Positions 1 through 13,733 of a DNA stretch of 64,000 nt are shown piece after piece; position 1 is the stretch's first letter, and every line of letters starts with the position of its first letter. The notes beneath the pieces are model-generated. The model was not told where the DNA came from, made no database searches, and saw nothing but the letters and a program-made list of their open reading frames with translations. A program made the position numbers and the translations under genes. Source of the DNA: Chrysomallon squamiferum (Eukaryota; Animalia; Mollusca); the NCBI GenBank assembly GCA_012295275.1, contig CM022676.1, positions 13,702,001 to 13,766,000 on the forward strand, given 5' to 3'.

Positions 1-276
1 TTTGCTGTTTCAGTCTACACTGTTGATTTGCCTTAAGGCATTTTAGCTTAGTTAGTTGTACACCATGTTACATTCCGGAATAAACACTGCTGCAGCAGTT
101 CTCTAGTTAGACTCAGGTGCTTTGTCATGGTGTTGATTTTCAAAAGATTTCTTGGCACCCTTGAAGTAACTAATAAACAACATTGCTAATTTTAATATAT
201 AAATTAAAATTGTTTGTAAATTCAGAAACAAAAATTAATAGTCTTACTGATCTTTTCATATTGTTATAAAAATAAC

Positions 277-317
<41 letters not shown>

Positions 318-499
318 TTTACCTTATAATCTCTAGCTGTTATACGTATGGGGTTGAGTGAGATGAAATTAAGATAATGATTTTTTTTAAATGTTCACGA
401 TCTTGGATAACCCAGATTTGTTTTGAGATCACTGCAGTATTCATTTGATTGCACAACACAGCATCAAAGTTAACACTTTTTAAAAAATACTATTAGCAG

Positions 500-780
500 G
501 AAATAGAATTCTTACCACAGACAAGAAAATGCCAGTGCTTGGTCAGTCTCTTGTTTTCATCTACACAAACAGTGAAGAAGACATAACAGGAGATGTTTTT
601 CATCAGGTGAACAGTGTGCTTCTGGATTTAATTACAATGTAACAAGACAGTCTACACGTGTCATAACTCTTGAGATTTCTTCTTTTAATAAAACAAAACA
701 TGTAGGAACCTGGAGAGTTACTGAAATATATCAAAACATTGTGCATTCTCTGAGTTTAACACTTACAGCTCCTTTTGCAA
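500..780 (+). pseudogene. Type A receptor copy 1, V-like exon, frameshifted
   Basis: Acceptor tagcag|G at 498-499, donor gtaagt at 781. Aligns to intact exon 22823-23149 but has a 6-nt deletion and a net 40-nt deletion near 600 (gat gtt ttt ca tca ggt), giving a frameshift and TAA near 640. Confidence 0.8.
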
Positions 781-2639
781 GTAAGTTCTTTGAGCAGTTG
801 TTGTTGTTTTATTATTATTATGAAGTGTTACATTTCCAGGACTTTTTAATTTTATTTGTTTACTATTTAGATATATGCAGGCTTCAAGCAGGGGACAGGC
901 GACCTCAGTGAAATAGTCATGTTTTTCTACCAAACTTTTCCTTACTTTAAACATAAAGACCACTACATGTACTGAACCTCACCGTGGTGTTCAGGTGGAA
1001 ACATTTCCAACGAGAATGGCTAATCAATACAGTTATCATCATCTTAACAAACTTGAGGGGTGTAGACACCTTATTTGCCATGAGATAGAACCCATAATAC
1101 TGACAACTTGATCCTGGTAGTTGATTTTGATATTCTGTGGCTTTTGAGTTGCAGGTTTCCATTCTGTATGCAAAAATTACTATATGGTGCTATTTCTGGG
1201 ACACGTTTATCTATTCTGTGGGCACTTACAGATGTGTTCAGCTAGGCGGGAGGGAACTTGGATCCAACTTGATTAAACTGGCTGGTCATTCCAAGTTCAA
1301 GAGTAACCATTATATACGTTGTTTACATTATATATTACCTTTTTCATGTGTTGCTCTTGGGGTGGTGGCTAGTTTCGATTCAGGTGATTTATTGTTTTAA
1401 TTGTCTGAGGATATCAGTCATGTATTTTTGGAACAAGTCTCTCCTGGCTATTTGCAGCATCATGTCGCCACCTTCCACAAACCATCTATTCCTGAATCAG
1501 TTGAGGCTTGGTATTAGAGTATAGCTGTCTGCCTTACATTCCAAACCCTCTGCTGTGTTTTAAATGCCAAACATTTGAACTCAGACAAAACAGGTCTTAA
1601 CAAATTGTCATGTGCTTGTTGTGTTCAGTTTGATCATGACAGCGAGGTGTGTCAGGTTGATGTGATAGGCAGCAGTAATAAGTGGAAGTACTTTGTATAT
1701 TAGCAAGAATGTCCAAGGTGAACAACTGAAACAGATGAATGTTGAAAAACATCTTGCAAAATATCTCTCATTTGTAGATGATAAGATGGAGGTCTCATCT
1801 CAACCAACACAGGATTAGATTAAAATAACTTCCATAGTTTTCCCATAATGGCAAATAAGTAGGATCCATAAAATCAATGAAAAGTAATCTAGTAATACTA
1901 TCAATCACTTCTCTGTCAATGACACAAATGTCACTTCTCAACGTGACATAGACTATACAGAGCCAGATCATTTTTTTTACAATTCTTTGGTTTTTGTGCA
2001 GTGTATTAATGTATCTGGAAATACAGTAGGTCCAAATGAAATTAACATGTTAAACACTTACCTGAATCTTCTTTGTAGTAGTTTCTTCTGTGCTTTTTTC
2101 TGATTCAGGAAACCTACTATTAATCCAATTCTATATAAGATAAATGTACCTTCTAATTTATGTTTTCATTCTGTAGAAAAAAGTAGTTTTTTTTTTTTTT
2201 TTTTCTCCTGGAAATCTGATTTTTTAGTGGTCCACTTAACTATTTCTATCAATTACTTTTGAAATTAACTACTTCAGAGATGTTGCATTGTGATCACTTA
2301 TTATTGGTGTAGTGAAAACTGGCATTTTGAATATTGTGCAAAGTTTCAAATGTTGTGTATCTGTTATCAGAGAAAGAAAACATTGACTCCAACAAAAATA
2401 ACTCTTTACACAATACAAGAAAGTTGTTGAAGTTTCGAGCAGTCTAATTTACCTGATGTAAAACCACAACTGGCAAATCTTGACCAATTTTATTTCTGCA
2501 CAAGTACCAAGTTCTCTAAAAATCTTAACTGCTATAATTTTATAAGCTTGTCAATCATAGAACAGTCATTATGCAGATAAACAGCAGGTGAATATATGAA
2601 TCTTTTTATAGTTTTATTACATTTCAAATTATATAACGT

Positions 2640-2724
<85 letters not shown>

Positions 2725-2729
2725 TTTAG

Positions 2730-2881
2730 CTATTGTTGAAACATCTAAGATTGATTTCACTGAGGCGTGTTCAAATCAGACAGACATTGATTCTCAGACA
2801 GATTTTACTGTCAGCGTAATGACCGGCTGTACATACCCAGCTGTGAACATCTCCTGGAGTTTTGTTGATGAAACTTCTGTG
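2730..2881 (+). CDS. Type A copy 1, first half of split Ig-like domain 2
   Basis: ttttag|CT acceptor, gtaagt donor at 2882, 152 nt, phase 1 to 0. Encodes IVETSKIDFTEACSNQTDIDSQTDFTVSVMTGCTYPAVNISWSFVDETSV with a YPxVxISW Ig motif. Confidence 0.75.
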
Positions 2882-3186
2882 GTAAGTCCGTGTTTATAAA
2901 TAAATTTAATATACACCAACATTTAAAAACAAATTATTTTCATTTTGAAATGTACTTTTGGAGCCAAACTGAAATTATTTCATTTGTTCAAATATTATAA
3001 TGATTATTTTACATCACAAAAATGATACAAAAATAGATAAAACATTGTTGATTGAGAGCAAATTTTAAAATTTAATAAATGATTTTGACCTTTGAACAGA
3101 CCCAGAACAAATGTATTTATTTTTGATATTATATTAGTTAAGGTAGTAATAATAATAATTATAATTTTGGTGTCTTTCTCTCTAAG

Positions 3187-3370
3187 TCATTGACACCAGT
3201 TACTACAACAGTCAGTGATGGTTGTACAAGTCCACAAGTTAAAACAGCTGCCAGGCTGACTATGAATTATTTAACTGTACAAAGAAAAGTTAATGTTACA
3301 ATACACTTGATTCATTTGTCTTTTAATAATGATGTCTGTAACAAGTTTATATGTACTGCTCACTTTCCAG
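3187..3370 (+). CDS. Type A copy 1, second half of Ig-like domain 2
   Basis: tctctctaag acceptor, gtaagt donor at 3371, 184 nt, phase 0 to 1. Encodes SLTPVTTTVSDGCTSPQVKTAARLTMNYLTVQRKVNVTIHLIHLSFNNDVCNKFICTAHFP. Confidence 0.75.
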
Positions 3371-3584
3371 GTAAGTAAAGATTCAATGTCGATACTTTTT
3401 TGTAATTTTAATATAGTCACAATAAGATATAATTAATTACTGATACGTGTTTATGAAGTTACTTAATAATTAATAGATTAAATCGATCTTTTAATTATAA
3501 TAAAAATAAATAAATAAATATATAATATTTTAATACAAAAGCATGATACAGTAATACTGCTATTTATTTATATGCTTATTACAG

Positions 3585-3899
3585 TACAAATAAAAGAGGT
3601 GACACTATTAAACATCAGTTCACACAAAGATAAAATACAAGTCAGAGAAGGTTTTGTCTCTCTGACATGTGTCACGTCACCTAGCAACCCAGTCTCATCT
3701 GTTTACTGGTACAAGAATAATCAACAGATACACACAGGAATCACCAACATAGATATCACATCAGATGACCTGACTGTAAGAAAGAGTTCTCTGTCACTGA
3801 CACTGACTGAGTCAGATGATGGACACACTGTTTACTGCAAGGCAGGGATTCCTGGACAAACTCTTGTTACATCCAACACTGGAATACTTGATGTGTCGT
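3585..3899 (+). CDS. Type A copy 1, canonical C2-type Ig exon
   Basis: ttacag acceptor, gtaaga donor, 315 nt, phase 1-1. Motifs SLTC, SNP, VYWYKN and DDGHTVYCKA resemble nephrin/CD80-like C2 domains. Confidence 0.9.
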
Positions 3900-4194
3900 G
3901 TAAGACATTTAACATTAGATATTTTAATCTGTTGTATTATCTACTTCGCTATGTTAACTGATTTTATGATAGAACCTTTTGTTAGAAATTTATTTATTTT
4001 TATTTTTATTTTTTTTTAATTTAAGAGATATTTTTTTTTCCCTTCTCAAGAGGCGAAGAAGCATTAAAAGTTTCAAAGTTTCAAATTTATTTTATTATAC
4101 TTTTATAATAAGCATCTTTTTATTATATCTGTTTTTATTTACTACACATTTAAAAGAACAAAATGTTATTATGTTTGTTATTTATCTATTACAG

Positions 4195-4353
4195 CTTCAG
4201 AAGAACAGAGTAGTTCTAGTTCTCTGCTTGGTGCAGCTGTAGGAGGAGCTGTTGGTTCTGTGACTGTCATTGTTGTCATAGTGATGCTGATTGTGTTACT
4301 TAGAAGTGGAATATTACCTGGATTGTCCACTAAAACAAGTAATTGTTCAGCTT
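4195..4353 (+). CDS. Type A copy 1, transmembrane exon
   Basis: ttacag acceptor. Ser-rich stalk then LLGAAVGGAVGSVTVIVVIVMLIVLLR. Phase-1 donors at 4339 (gtaatt) or 4354 (gtaaga); read-through stop at 4371-4373. Confidence 0.85.
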
Positions 4354-6272
4354 GTAAGAAATATATTTATTGAAAACAGGAAAAATGTAAAAAGTGTATG
4401 TATTTATTATATTTGTTGTCAGTGAACTTGAATAATCAAGGAAGCAAAAATATAAACAAAGGGATCACTTTGAAGTCCATTGTGAACTTCTTTTATTAAT
4501 TTGACATCACTGACTTGTGACTAGCCCTTTGTTATCATATGGCTTATATTGTGCATCATATTAGTACAGCTTATGTAGTTGCATATGATTAATTCTTTCA
4601 AATAGTTCATGCCATTCAAATTTAAGTATGTTAAGAAAAATAATGTTTCAGAATACTTCTATCATACTAAAGTCCTGAAAGGAATGTGCTTTATATCGTT
4701 TTATCAGTGTTCACTGTCACAGCACTGAAAAACTTCGCACTTCTTGAGAAGATTTTATTGGAGCGAAATCGTCTTGGAAACACTGGCGGCTTCCTGTATC
4801 TTACTGACAATCTTGCCACACATCTTTTTCTATAATTCTCTTGTTATGCTCATAAGTCTTGAAAAAAGGCTGTCTTAGAACTTATCCTGCAGCTCAGTAA
4901 TTGAAAGTATATAATTAAAAGCGAGGGACATTTATACTTGACAAACTCAAATGTTTTGATCGCTAATCTCTTTTGCAGAACATTTATGTTGGGAGCTACC
5001 TAAGGATTTGTAACACTTAATGCTTAGATATGTTTCAAGTAATTAACAAGTATTCTCATGCAACTCGTACAAGCATTCTGTCTTGTTAGTTGTTCCAAAG
5101 TGATAATTTACATCAAATGCTGCTCAAATGTGTATGATTCCTAAAATGTTTACTTATTAAACATAATTTCAGAAAGTTTCAGGAATTACATGCATCTGCT
5201 GTAACAGCTGATTTATTAGAAATTAGTGGTTTGAAGTCTGAAAAGATCAGTCTATACATATGTGTGTATGTCTGTGTGTGTATGTATGTTTATGATCGAA
5301 TTAATTTGAGTGGTGTCTTATTTATGTTTTTAGTTTCTTAAATATGAATGAATGTGTTTCTTCAAAAACTGAAATGTTCATCATTCATCTGTCGGAACTG
5401 TATTGTTCTTCAGCTGTTGAATTACCATATCCATTTATGTATTACAATACTAAGTACTGATTCATTTCATAGTGTGATACCACAGTGTCTGCTTTATGAC
5501 TGGCTGGTGATATGTCAGTGACTAGACAAAGCAGTGTGTCGTATTTATAGATGATGGTTGAGGGTTGAACATTTGTGCATCGTTTAAATGTCGAATGTTT
5601 GGTCAAAAGTAGTACTTAAAGATTTTCACAAGGTAAATGGAATCTTTGCCTAAATATTTTGTAAAACTGACATTCAGAAAATAACATCTATACTTATGTG
5701 TCACTTCATTGACTGGTGTTTCGTCCTACGACCCTATTACTGATATTAAGATTAACAATGGATATCATATTAATAATAAATCAACTAAAATAAAAATAAT
5801 AAATTAAAAAAAAAAAAGTTAAAATCTGATGGTAAGAGAATTTCATGATAATCTACATGATAAATTAGCCAAATTATAACGCAAAGTACAATATTTTTTT
5901 AGTTTTTAATACTCTCTTTATTCATACCATTATGAAACCATTCAGAAAATTCATTCAAAGAACTGTATTCCACGTGAATTTCACAAAGTAAAAGAAATAT
6001 TTCGAAGATAAAACTTTTATTTTGTCACAATCTTAAAATAATTATTTTTACCTATATGCCACTTGAACAATTCGTGTTTTGTTATACAACCTTTTTTTAC
6101 TAATATTAAGATTAACAACATATTTAATATTACTAATAAATAAAAATAAATAAATAAAAAGGTTAAATCTCCATTTTCTTCAGTTTGGGAATAGATGCTT
6201 TATAATGGTAAAACTTTGTATTTATACATTTAAAATATTTCTATATTCAATGTTTCATTTTTCATATTCAAG

Positions 6273-6572
6273 TTCCTCTAGAAAAAGTTTCTATAACAGT
6301 TGGCTCAAACCCCGTAAAGGAAGGAATTCTTACACGAATGGTCTGTCAAACTAACCCTTGTTATCCAGAAGCTGTAATCACATGGACTTTAGATGGTACA
6401 GAGATAACAGATGGCATTACCAGCTCCACTGAAACTATTCCAACCTCTGGTATTGTAATAAGAAGCAGTTTAGATAAAAAAATTAAAATGCAAGATCATA
6501 GAAAAAGTTTGGTTTTTTCAGCTTCTGATGGTGATTATCACGTGTCATCTAACACCACACTTAATATCCAAG
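6273..6572 (+). pseudogene. Type B (B2-like) orphan C2 Ig exon, second Cys lost
   Basis: 300-nt phase 1-1 exon matching 40105-40404, with LVFSA in place of LFCSA. Its signal and V exons fall within the segment missing at 4697/4698. Confidence 0.8.
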
Positions 6573-6903
6573 GTAGGTTTCATTCACATAAATGCACACT
6601 GATCTTATAGACCTTACACACAATGATCCCTCAAAGATTATTCCAGAATTTTACAATTAAGTAAAATGATTGTGTTCTCAATGTAAATTATATTGATTTA
6701 TTGATTTATTTATTTACACGATCGAACAGTGAAAGATTTTTTTTTTTTCATATTTTCATAATCGACTGCCTAGACTAAAGCAAACTGAACACTGAATATT
6801 GCGTAATCAAGAACATATTGCTTCTAAATTATCAGTTCAGTAAATGTGTAAGCTCATGCCAAACATGTTGGTCGTTGTGTACTAGTTCGTAGAAAACAAC
6901 TAC

Positions 6904-6947
<44 letters not shown>

Positions 6948-7610
6948 CAGTCACTATTTTAGGAAAATTACTTTAAAAGTTCTTGTTAAAGTTAGCTTCA
7001 TTTTTCATTGCTTTTATTATTTATTGACACCTTTCCCGCAGTATTTTCCTGATTATTGTTAAGTAAAGCAAAGTAAATAAATAAATAAACAAACAAACAA
7101 ACAAATGAATGGTATAAAAACCATTCATTTTAATGATGTATACTGAGGATTTGCTCTCATCCATATCCAGAAAATCTAACAAACAGATTCTGTCATCTTT
7201 TCATGTATCTCTGTTCAAAGTTTATTTTGTCTTTCGCATTTACACATTTTAAATCATAAAGTTATTTTTATTCCTTTTAACTTATCAGCTTTTGAAGATT
7301 AAAGGACAGTTAATCTTTTCAAACTGATATTTGTGTCAAAGCCACTTTGATGAATAAACTGGAATTTTTTTTTTTTTTAAAAGCAGTATTACTACACAGT
7401 TAAATAAAAGAAAAAGATGTTTTTACTTGTTGCAGGTGCTGCAGGCAATATACACTTGATCTACTCAGCTTTTTCGCTGCGAGATAGTTTCAACTTTGTT
7501 TATGTCGCAGTTTTGCTGTTTTTCATGTTAGATTTCTGTAACTAAATACAATACATTCAATGCAGGAGAAAGATCTAGTCATAATTTCTTTTTTTTAAAA
7601 ATACTTTTAG

Positions 7611-7665
7611 GTGAAATAAAGGCTAACGGTTACATAGCTTCTTCTATGTTTTATGTGACAATCAC
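7611..7665 (+). CDS. Type B2-like penultimate 55-nt exon (first part of GPI-type signal)
   Basis: cttttag|GT acceptor, gtagga donor. Encodes GEIKANGYIASSMFYVTI. Same length and phase as 41463-41517 and 51815-51869. Confidence 0.7.
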
Positions 7666-7951
7666 GTAGGAGTCTGGAAACTGTCTTCTTTTTAATTAGT
7701 TATTTTATTGTTCAATGTAATATTAAACTTATCGTCCTCTCCTATCAGACTGTCTTCTTTCTAAAGGATTATGTATGTGTGTGAGTATGTGTGTGTGAGT
7801 TATATGTATGTATGTATGTATGTATGTGTGTATGTATGTATGTGTGTGTGTGTGTATGCAAAGGTATGCATATATTGGTGCATCTACTATGTCTATATAT
7901 GAGGGTGTATAATACTTATTTTTATTTCATCTTTATTTTATCTTTCTTCAG

Positions 7952-7988
7952 GTTTATCAACACTTTAGTCATCACTGGTTTGCTGTAG
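7952..7988 (+). CDS. Type B2-like last coding exon, FINTLVITGLL*
   Basis: Strong acceptor tctttcttcag, phase 2. Identical to 41798-41834 and, inverted, to 51403-51439. Confidence 0.7.
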
Positions 7989-10502
7989 ATCTACAGACTC
8001 CTCAGAGATAGATAAACACGGAGATATGAGATGTATAAAATATTGACAACAATCTAAATTATATATGTATATAGTGGGTTTTTTCGGATTTATTTATATA
8101 TTTATTAAAATGATTATTTTTGTTGTTTTGTTTGTTGTTGGTTTTTTGCTTTTTTACTAGACTTATGATATATCTCTGTCTGTGTTTCTAAAATCTAATT
8201 TCTAAGTAAATAAAGTATTTTATCTAATATGAGATACTGATGTTATTATATTTTTACAAATAATTGTATATAATATAAACTCTTTTAGCAGTGACAGAAA
8301 GTTTGTTATGCAAATTATAATTATTATTAATGTAATAGTTATGAATGTTCTCTTTATCGTTTGTAAGGAAAGAGTGAACTGGTATGTATATCTGTAAAAT
8401 ACTGCTTAGAATGATAAATCACAAGTAACTGCGTATTGAGAATGCTGGTACGTTTTCACTACATTTCACAGCATCTCAGAAAAGAGACATTTTCAAAGAA
8501 TATGCTAATAGTTTTTTAAGCTGCTTGTCTTGTATGAACACAGTTAAAACTAAACATGTTTTGCAGCTTTTATTAATTAATATTATTATGAAATTCGTTG
8601 CTGAGTGTGAAGTGCTTTAATGTGACTTTAATTATCTATATTTAAATAGTTTCACATTTCAGCTATTATATTAACTCTTTTTTCTCCTTCTTTCTAATAT
8701 TTTAACTGAGTATTTTCTCTGCTTCAGTTGTATTACTGTTTAATGGTATATATTATTTTGAAAATGCTAATAAACGTATGTAAATTTTGGTAACAAATTT
8801 GAAATAAGGTTATAAAATTACTGAAATTCTTTGTTAAGTGCGAAATGTTTAAATTTCCATGATCCATGTATACGTTTTAATGATAGTTTCACATTTCATC
8901 TTTGATGTTACATCTCTCATTTATTTTTTTTTTCTATTATTTTAATTGACTCTTTTCATTTTTATGTTTAAATTTATCACATTGTATAATGCTCTATATT
9001 TGACATTAAACAAATACCTCTTAGCTTTCATTAACAAACTAAATTAACTGTGTTTGTTTTTGTTCCATTAACCATCATAATTTCACGGGTACTGCACTGA
9101 CAGACATATATACAGATGAATTACCACTGAAATTTCTCGCTTTGAAAAAAAAAAAAAAAAAAATAATAAAAATAATAATAATAATAAAACAAAAAATAAT
9201 AAGAATAAAACATAAATAAAATACAAAAATAAAATAAAATAAAATAAATTACATCAAAACAATAAAAGGATGTCATATTTATGACGTTAAACTGAAAAAA
9301 ATAACAAAGTAATGCCAGTTTTATGCATCGAAAAATTCGCATATTTTTCATCAAAGCAAAATAAACACGATTTCAGGTTCATTGCATGAAAATAAAATTC
9401 TACATTAATTTACAGCTAATTAATTACACACGGATGTCATAATAAACATTTAAAATACTGAAGTAGCATACAAATAAATACACAAACTACGTGCGTGTAA
9501 GAGGTGATAATAGTTTGTTTACCAATTCATATACACAATTTAGGTATTTGCTGAAGCTAGAAATACTGTTGCCGCTCGACTTAATTATTTTCATAATATT
9601 TTACACAAATAAAGGTAAGTAATGATCTACATTTAACACAAGTCCTATAAGGAAAACTATTCATCTTTTGTCTTATGCCTGGATGATTGTGTGAAAGCAT
9701 TTCTAATCTGAAAATTATAAGTACTTCTATAACAACAAAACGCAAACGTTTCTTATGTTATTTTAGTTAGGAAATAAAATAAAATTGTAAGTGGTTTATT
9801 TATGAAATAACTAAGTACATATAAACGTAAAAGAAATATTTGGTTCAATATCGGGTAGTTCAATATAAAAAAAAATATAAACAAAATAAATAAATACACA
9901 AAATAATAATAATAATAATAATAAATAAAGAAAGAAATAAAGAAATAAATAAAGAAATAACGTATATCAAAGACAATTTTTTTTTTTGTTGCAAAATTTC
10001 AAATATAGAGCCTGATTCCCTACAAAGCAATTAGACTCGTCCACGACGTCTTCCGGTATCAAACGTAGCCTTGAAGTGTGCTTATTATAGTAAGATAGAA
10101 AATAATTTGTTGAGTTAGTTTATTTATTTATTTATTTATTTTAAACATGGATTTTAAGCATGTGATTTTTAAATAAGTGTTCGAAATGGACTACAGGGAC
10201 ATGAGCAAAGATGGTTCTCTGTCGTTCGTTACTAATATTTATCAAAAAAACGGAAAAAAAAGAGAAAAAAACAAGAACAAAACCCTCCCCCCAAAAAAAA
10301 CCCCAGTATAATGACAGGAAAGATTTCGAATAACTCCCCCTTAAGCTTCTAAAGAGGAAGTTGACGCGATTGTATAAGAAAGTGGTGCTTGCCTTATGAA
10401 AGAAAGATGTATATGTATATGTGTGGTCTAGATGTTTATGTCAACTCTCGTAATTATTATTTGTATTAGATTCAGTTTGTGTTACTGTTACTGCCAACAC
10501 AA

Positions 10503-10569
10503 TGACGTCATATTAGATTTGTAAGTATGCCAGAATGACGTCAGAAATCATTAAGTAACACTTACGTAA
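10503..10569 (+). promoter_or_regulatory. Two CRE/ATF palindromes (TGACGTCA) and a TTACGTAA bZIP-type site upstream of B1
   Basis: TGACGTCA at 10503-10510 and 10536-10543, TTACGTAA at 10562-10569. The second CRE is retained in the homologous upstream blocks at 34683-34690 and 44345-44352. Confidence 0.4.
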
Positions 10570-10713
10570 TGAAGTTTGCACTTTGTTGAGGTATTTAAAA
10601 AAAAAAAAACCCACATGATCTGTTTACGAACAGTGATAGAACTGTAGGTATAATGCTTGATTAATGTGAAATGTCATACAGTTGCTATGCGCGACCATAC
10701 CTTCTTTAATTTC

Positions 10714-10752
<39 letters not shown>

Positions 10753-10872
10753 ACGGAGAATTTATAGTAGGTACAAAATTGTAATTTCCGCCACTAGGGC
10801 CTATCCTTGTTCCAGTGTTGTTTGTCCGTTTCTAAATTTCGAGTTACTTAATTATATCATCAAAATTTAAAT

Positions 10873-10938
<66 letters not shown>

Positions 10939-12703
10939 CAAATGAGCGATCGCGCGTTTTCTTATATTTTGATACATTTATCGATTATTTTCACTCTGTT
11001 ACAATGTTTTCATTCTTAGATAGTTATGATTACTTTAACTGCATATCTACTAGAAAATAGACATACTTTTCTCTACACATTTGTATTAAAATGAAAACCA
11101 GATTTTTAAACACTGCTGAAACAGTGATTAAGTATAAAACTTCACTTTCATACCAGTTTTCTTTTTTAAAAAACAAATATACTGGCCCAGTTTACTAGAC
11201 ATTTTCATTAACAAGGAATTATTGTGATGTACATTTTTTTTTTTTTTGGTTAATAATACAGGATAAAAATGGTTGATTTCAGTGGTTAACAATCAAAAGT
11301 TTCATCCTATGTCAGTTCACCCAATGATTGTTTTTTTGTTAGTGGAAACCACTGAAGTTAAGTTTACGATACAAAAAAAAAATCTCCAAATTTGGAATAA
11401 TTTACATATTAATGAGCGACAGCTGTGACATGATTTGTACATTAAAAAAAAAATGGTTATGTGTGTTTGACAAACAAAATTTGCACTGTTATAACTTCAG
11501 TTTTGAATCTAAAGAACAATTCTGTTAGATCACTAGGTAATTTTGCACTGATATGAAAGAAAATAAGTAAATAACACAGTTGACCGAAATATAATAATTT
11601 AAACAGTGATTATTCAATAACTCCATGGTGGATACAACATTTGTTTCAGTAAGCACAAAAAAGGTGATATCCTATTAACAGAGATGCCATGCAGTGGTTG
11701 TTGCTGTTGGTGACAACACAAGTTATTGATTTCAAAATACAAAAAGAAGAACAACAATTTTTTTTTTTTGGTGTCAGAGGACATTTGATGAAAGGACATA
11801 TTTTTTTTTTTTTTAACTTTCTTAAGTGTGAAAAATCAACTTATATCTGTTAAAAAAAGGTATTCAGTGTTATTTAAAGTTCTTGTGTGTTTATTGTAGA
11901 TATTAGTTGACTCCATAGCGCTCATCAAGAAAAGTCTCTGTTGTTTCATAAGAAGGTTACTCTTAAGGACCAATAAAATTGTATTTTGCTTAAATTGGTA
12001 CTTTTAGAACTTTATAATGGTTTACTTTTTTCTCAGAAATGTAAACCGTTCTAGAAACTAGACATTAACAGTTTTCTAATCATACCACAAAAGATTATGT
12101 AATCCAAAACTGGAATTTGTTTCCTGAATGTTGCATTTTACTTGATCTTGCTCAAAAGTAAATGTCATGTAAGTGCCTTTTGCCATTTCTTACTAAAATT
12201 AGTTAAATATTAACATAATTCAAGATAAAAAAATGTATGCACAAGGAACAAGGGTGAATTTTTTTGTGTCTGTGGTAAAGATTTGATTCATTGTTGATTT
12301 TTGATTAAACATAATGAAGAAAAAAATGTCAGGTGTATAATAATTTTATCATATTTTTTTACAGTTTAATTTTTAATTTATTACTTTTATTTTCATTGTA
12401 GTCAACAAATAACATGAAATGCTTTTCTAATGTGCTGACTCAGATTATGATAAAATTTTGGAAACTAAAGGTTGGACGATTTGAACCAAAAATGTCGTAA
12501 TTTTGAAGGTCCAAAACAAACTTGTAAAACATTTTTAACAGAATCTGAATCATTCAGGTTAAAACCAGAATATGATTTTGAATATGACATATTCAAAAAT
12601 ATATCTGTTGTAAATTAAATCAGGTTGCATATTCAGAATATTTTTATTTTTTGCTACAAATATTGCATTTCATTTGTTATTTTTTCCTTCTCTTTTACAG
12701 ATT

Positions 12704-12770
12704 ATGAAGATTAACAAATTTATAATAATTCTTATTTTTGTCTGCATTGCATTTTCTAGAAGTATTTTAG
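12704..12770 (+). CDS. Type B1 copy 1 signal-peptide exon
   Basis: ttttacag acceptor at 12700, ATG at 12704, MKINKFIIILIFVCIAFSRSIL, phase-1 donor gtgagt. Confidence 0.85.
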
Positions 12771-13424
12771 GTGAGTTAAATCCTTTTTCAATTTATTTAT
12801 TTATTTTTTTTCCTTACTTTTTAAGTCAGAATATAAACCTGTATATATATTAAATAATGAGGATTATTACTTGCATTACACTTTTTCACAGAAATGTAAT
12901 CTGACGTACTTGTAAATTTTAGTTCAGTGAATGCTGGTTGTATTTATTTAAAAAAAAATTATATTTGGTTTTCATCTATGTTAAAATTTTAATTGAGATA
13001 TAGACAATTGTGTTCTCATAAACTGTGGCATTAATCAAACAGAAAATGAATTGAGGACAAACTGTTGTTTTTATTTATTTTTGACTGGTGTATATCAACT
13101 ATCTGTTATGAATTTTGTAGGAAACAGTACTTGGTTACTGCTACTACAAGTGTGTCATCAGACTCCATGCCCAGATGTTAGAATCTTAGGCTGTTACTTA
13201 GTAGTTGTGTCTAGGTCATAAGCACTTAGTCCATAACCATGGTTTATTATTAATACTATTATAATTTTATTTTTATTTGTATGTTTCTTTATAGGAAAAG
13301 GTGAAAAAAGAAATAAGAAATCAGTTTTATTTATGATTGTATTTAAACTGAAATAAAAATGCTAGAAAACATAACAAATTGTAAATACACATACAAACAT
13401 TCACACTTACAACTCTTATTTCAG

Positions 13425-13733
13425 GTCAGTATGTCATTGCAAAATCTAAAGACACAGTTCTAAATGGATCATCATTAACAATTACATGTAATACGAGCAG
13501 AAAAGTAGATGGAATAGCTTGGACACGGGGTGATAATAGCTTCCTTGTTTCACAAGGATCAGGTACAAGTTGTACTGGAGATATGCCACCACAATACGAC
13601 TTCACATGTTCCCAAGGGATTTTATACAACTTAACAATACCCAGTATTACGTTCATTGAAAATGGAATAGTTTGGAGATGTCAGGGTGAATTTGGAGGAG
13701 ATGACAGTAATACCATTATTGTAAATGTTACTG
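13425..13733 (+). CDS. Type B1 copy 1 V/I-like Ig exon with four Cys
   Basis: atttcag acceptor, gtaagt donor, 309 nt open. Encodes GQYVIAKSKDTVLNGSSLTITCNTSRKVDGIAWTRG...SCTG...FTCSQG...YNLTI...ENGIVWRCQGEFGG...VNVT. Confidence 0.9.

Noticed and set aside
763-1400. Short ORFs conserved between the two copies (also 23316-23769, 14414/48262, 10682/44483)
   Set aside because: Conservation simply reflects the recent duplication; they are intronic or intergenic with no recognisable motifs.
3585-3899. Naming the genes nephrin, hemicentin, IgLON or Dpr
   Set aside because: Similarity is only at the generic C2/I-set motif level, the architecture does not match nephrin, hemicentin or IgLON, and orthology cannot be established without a search.
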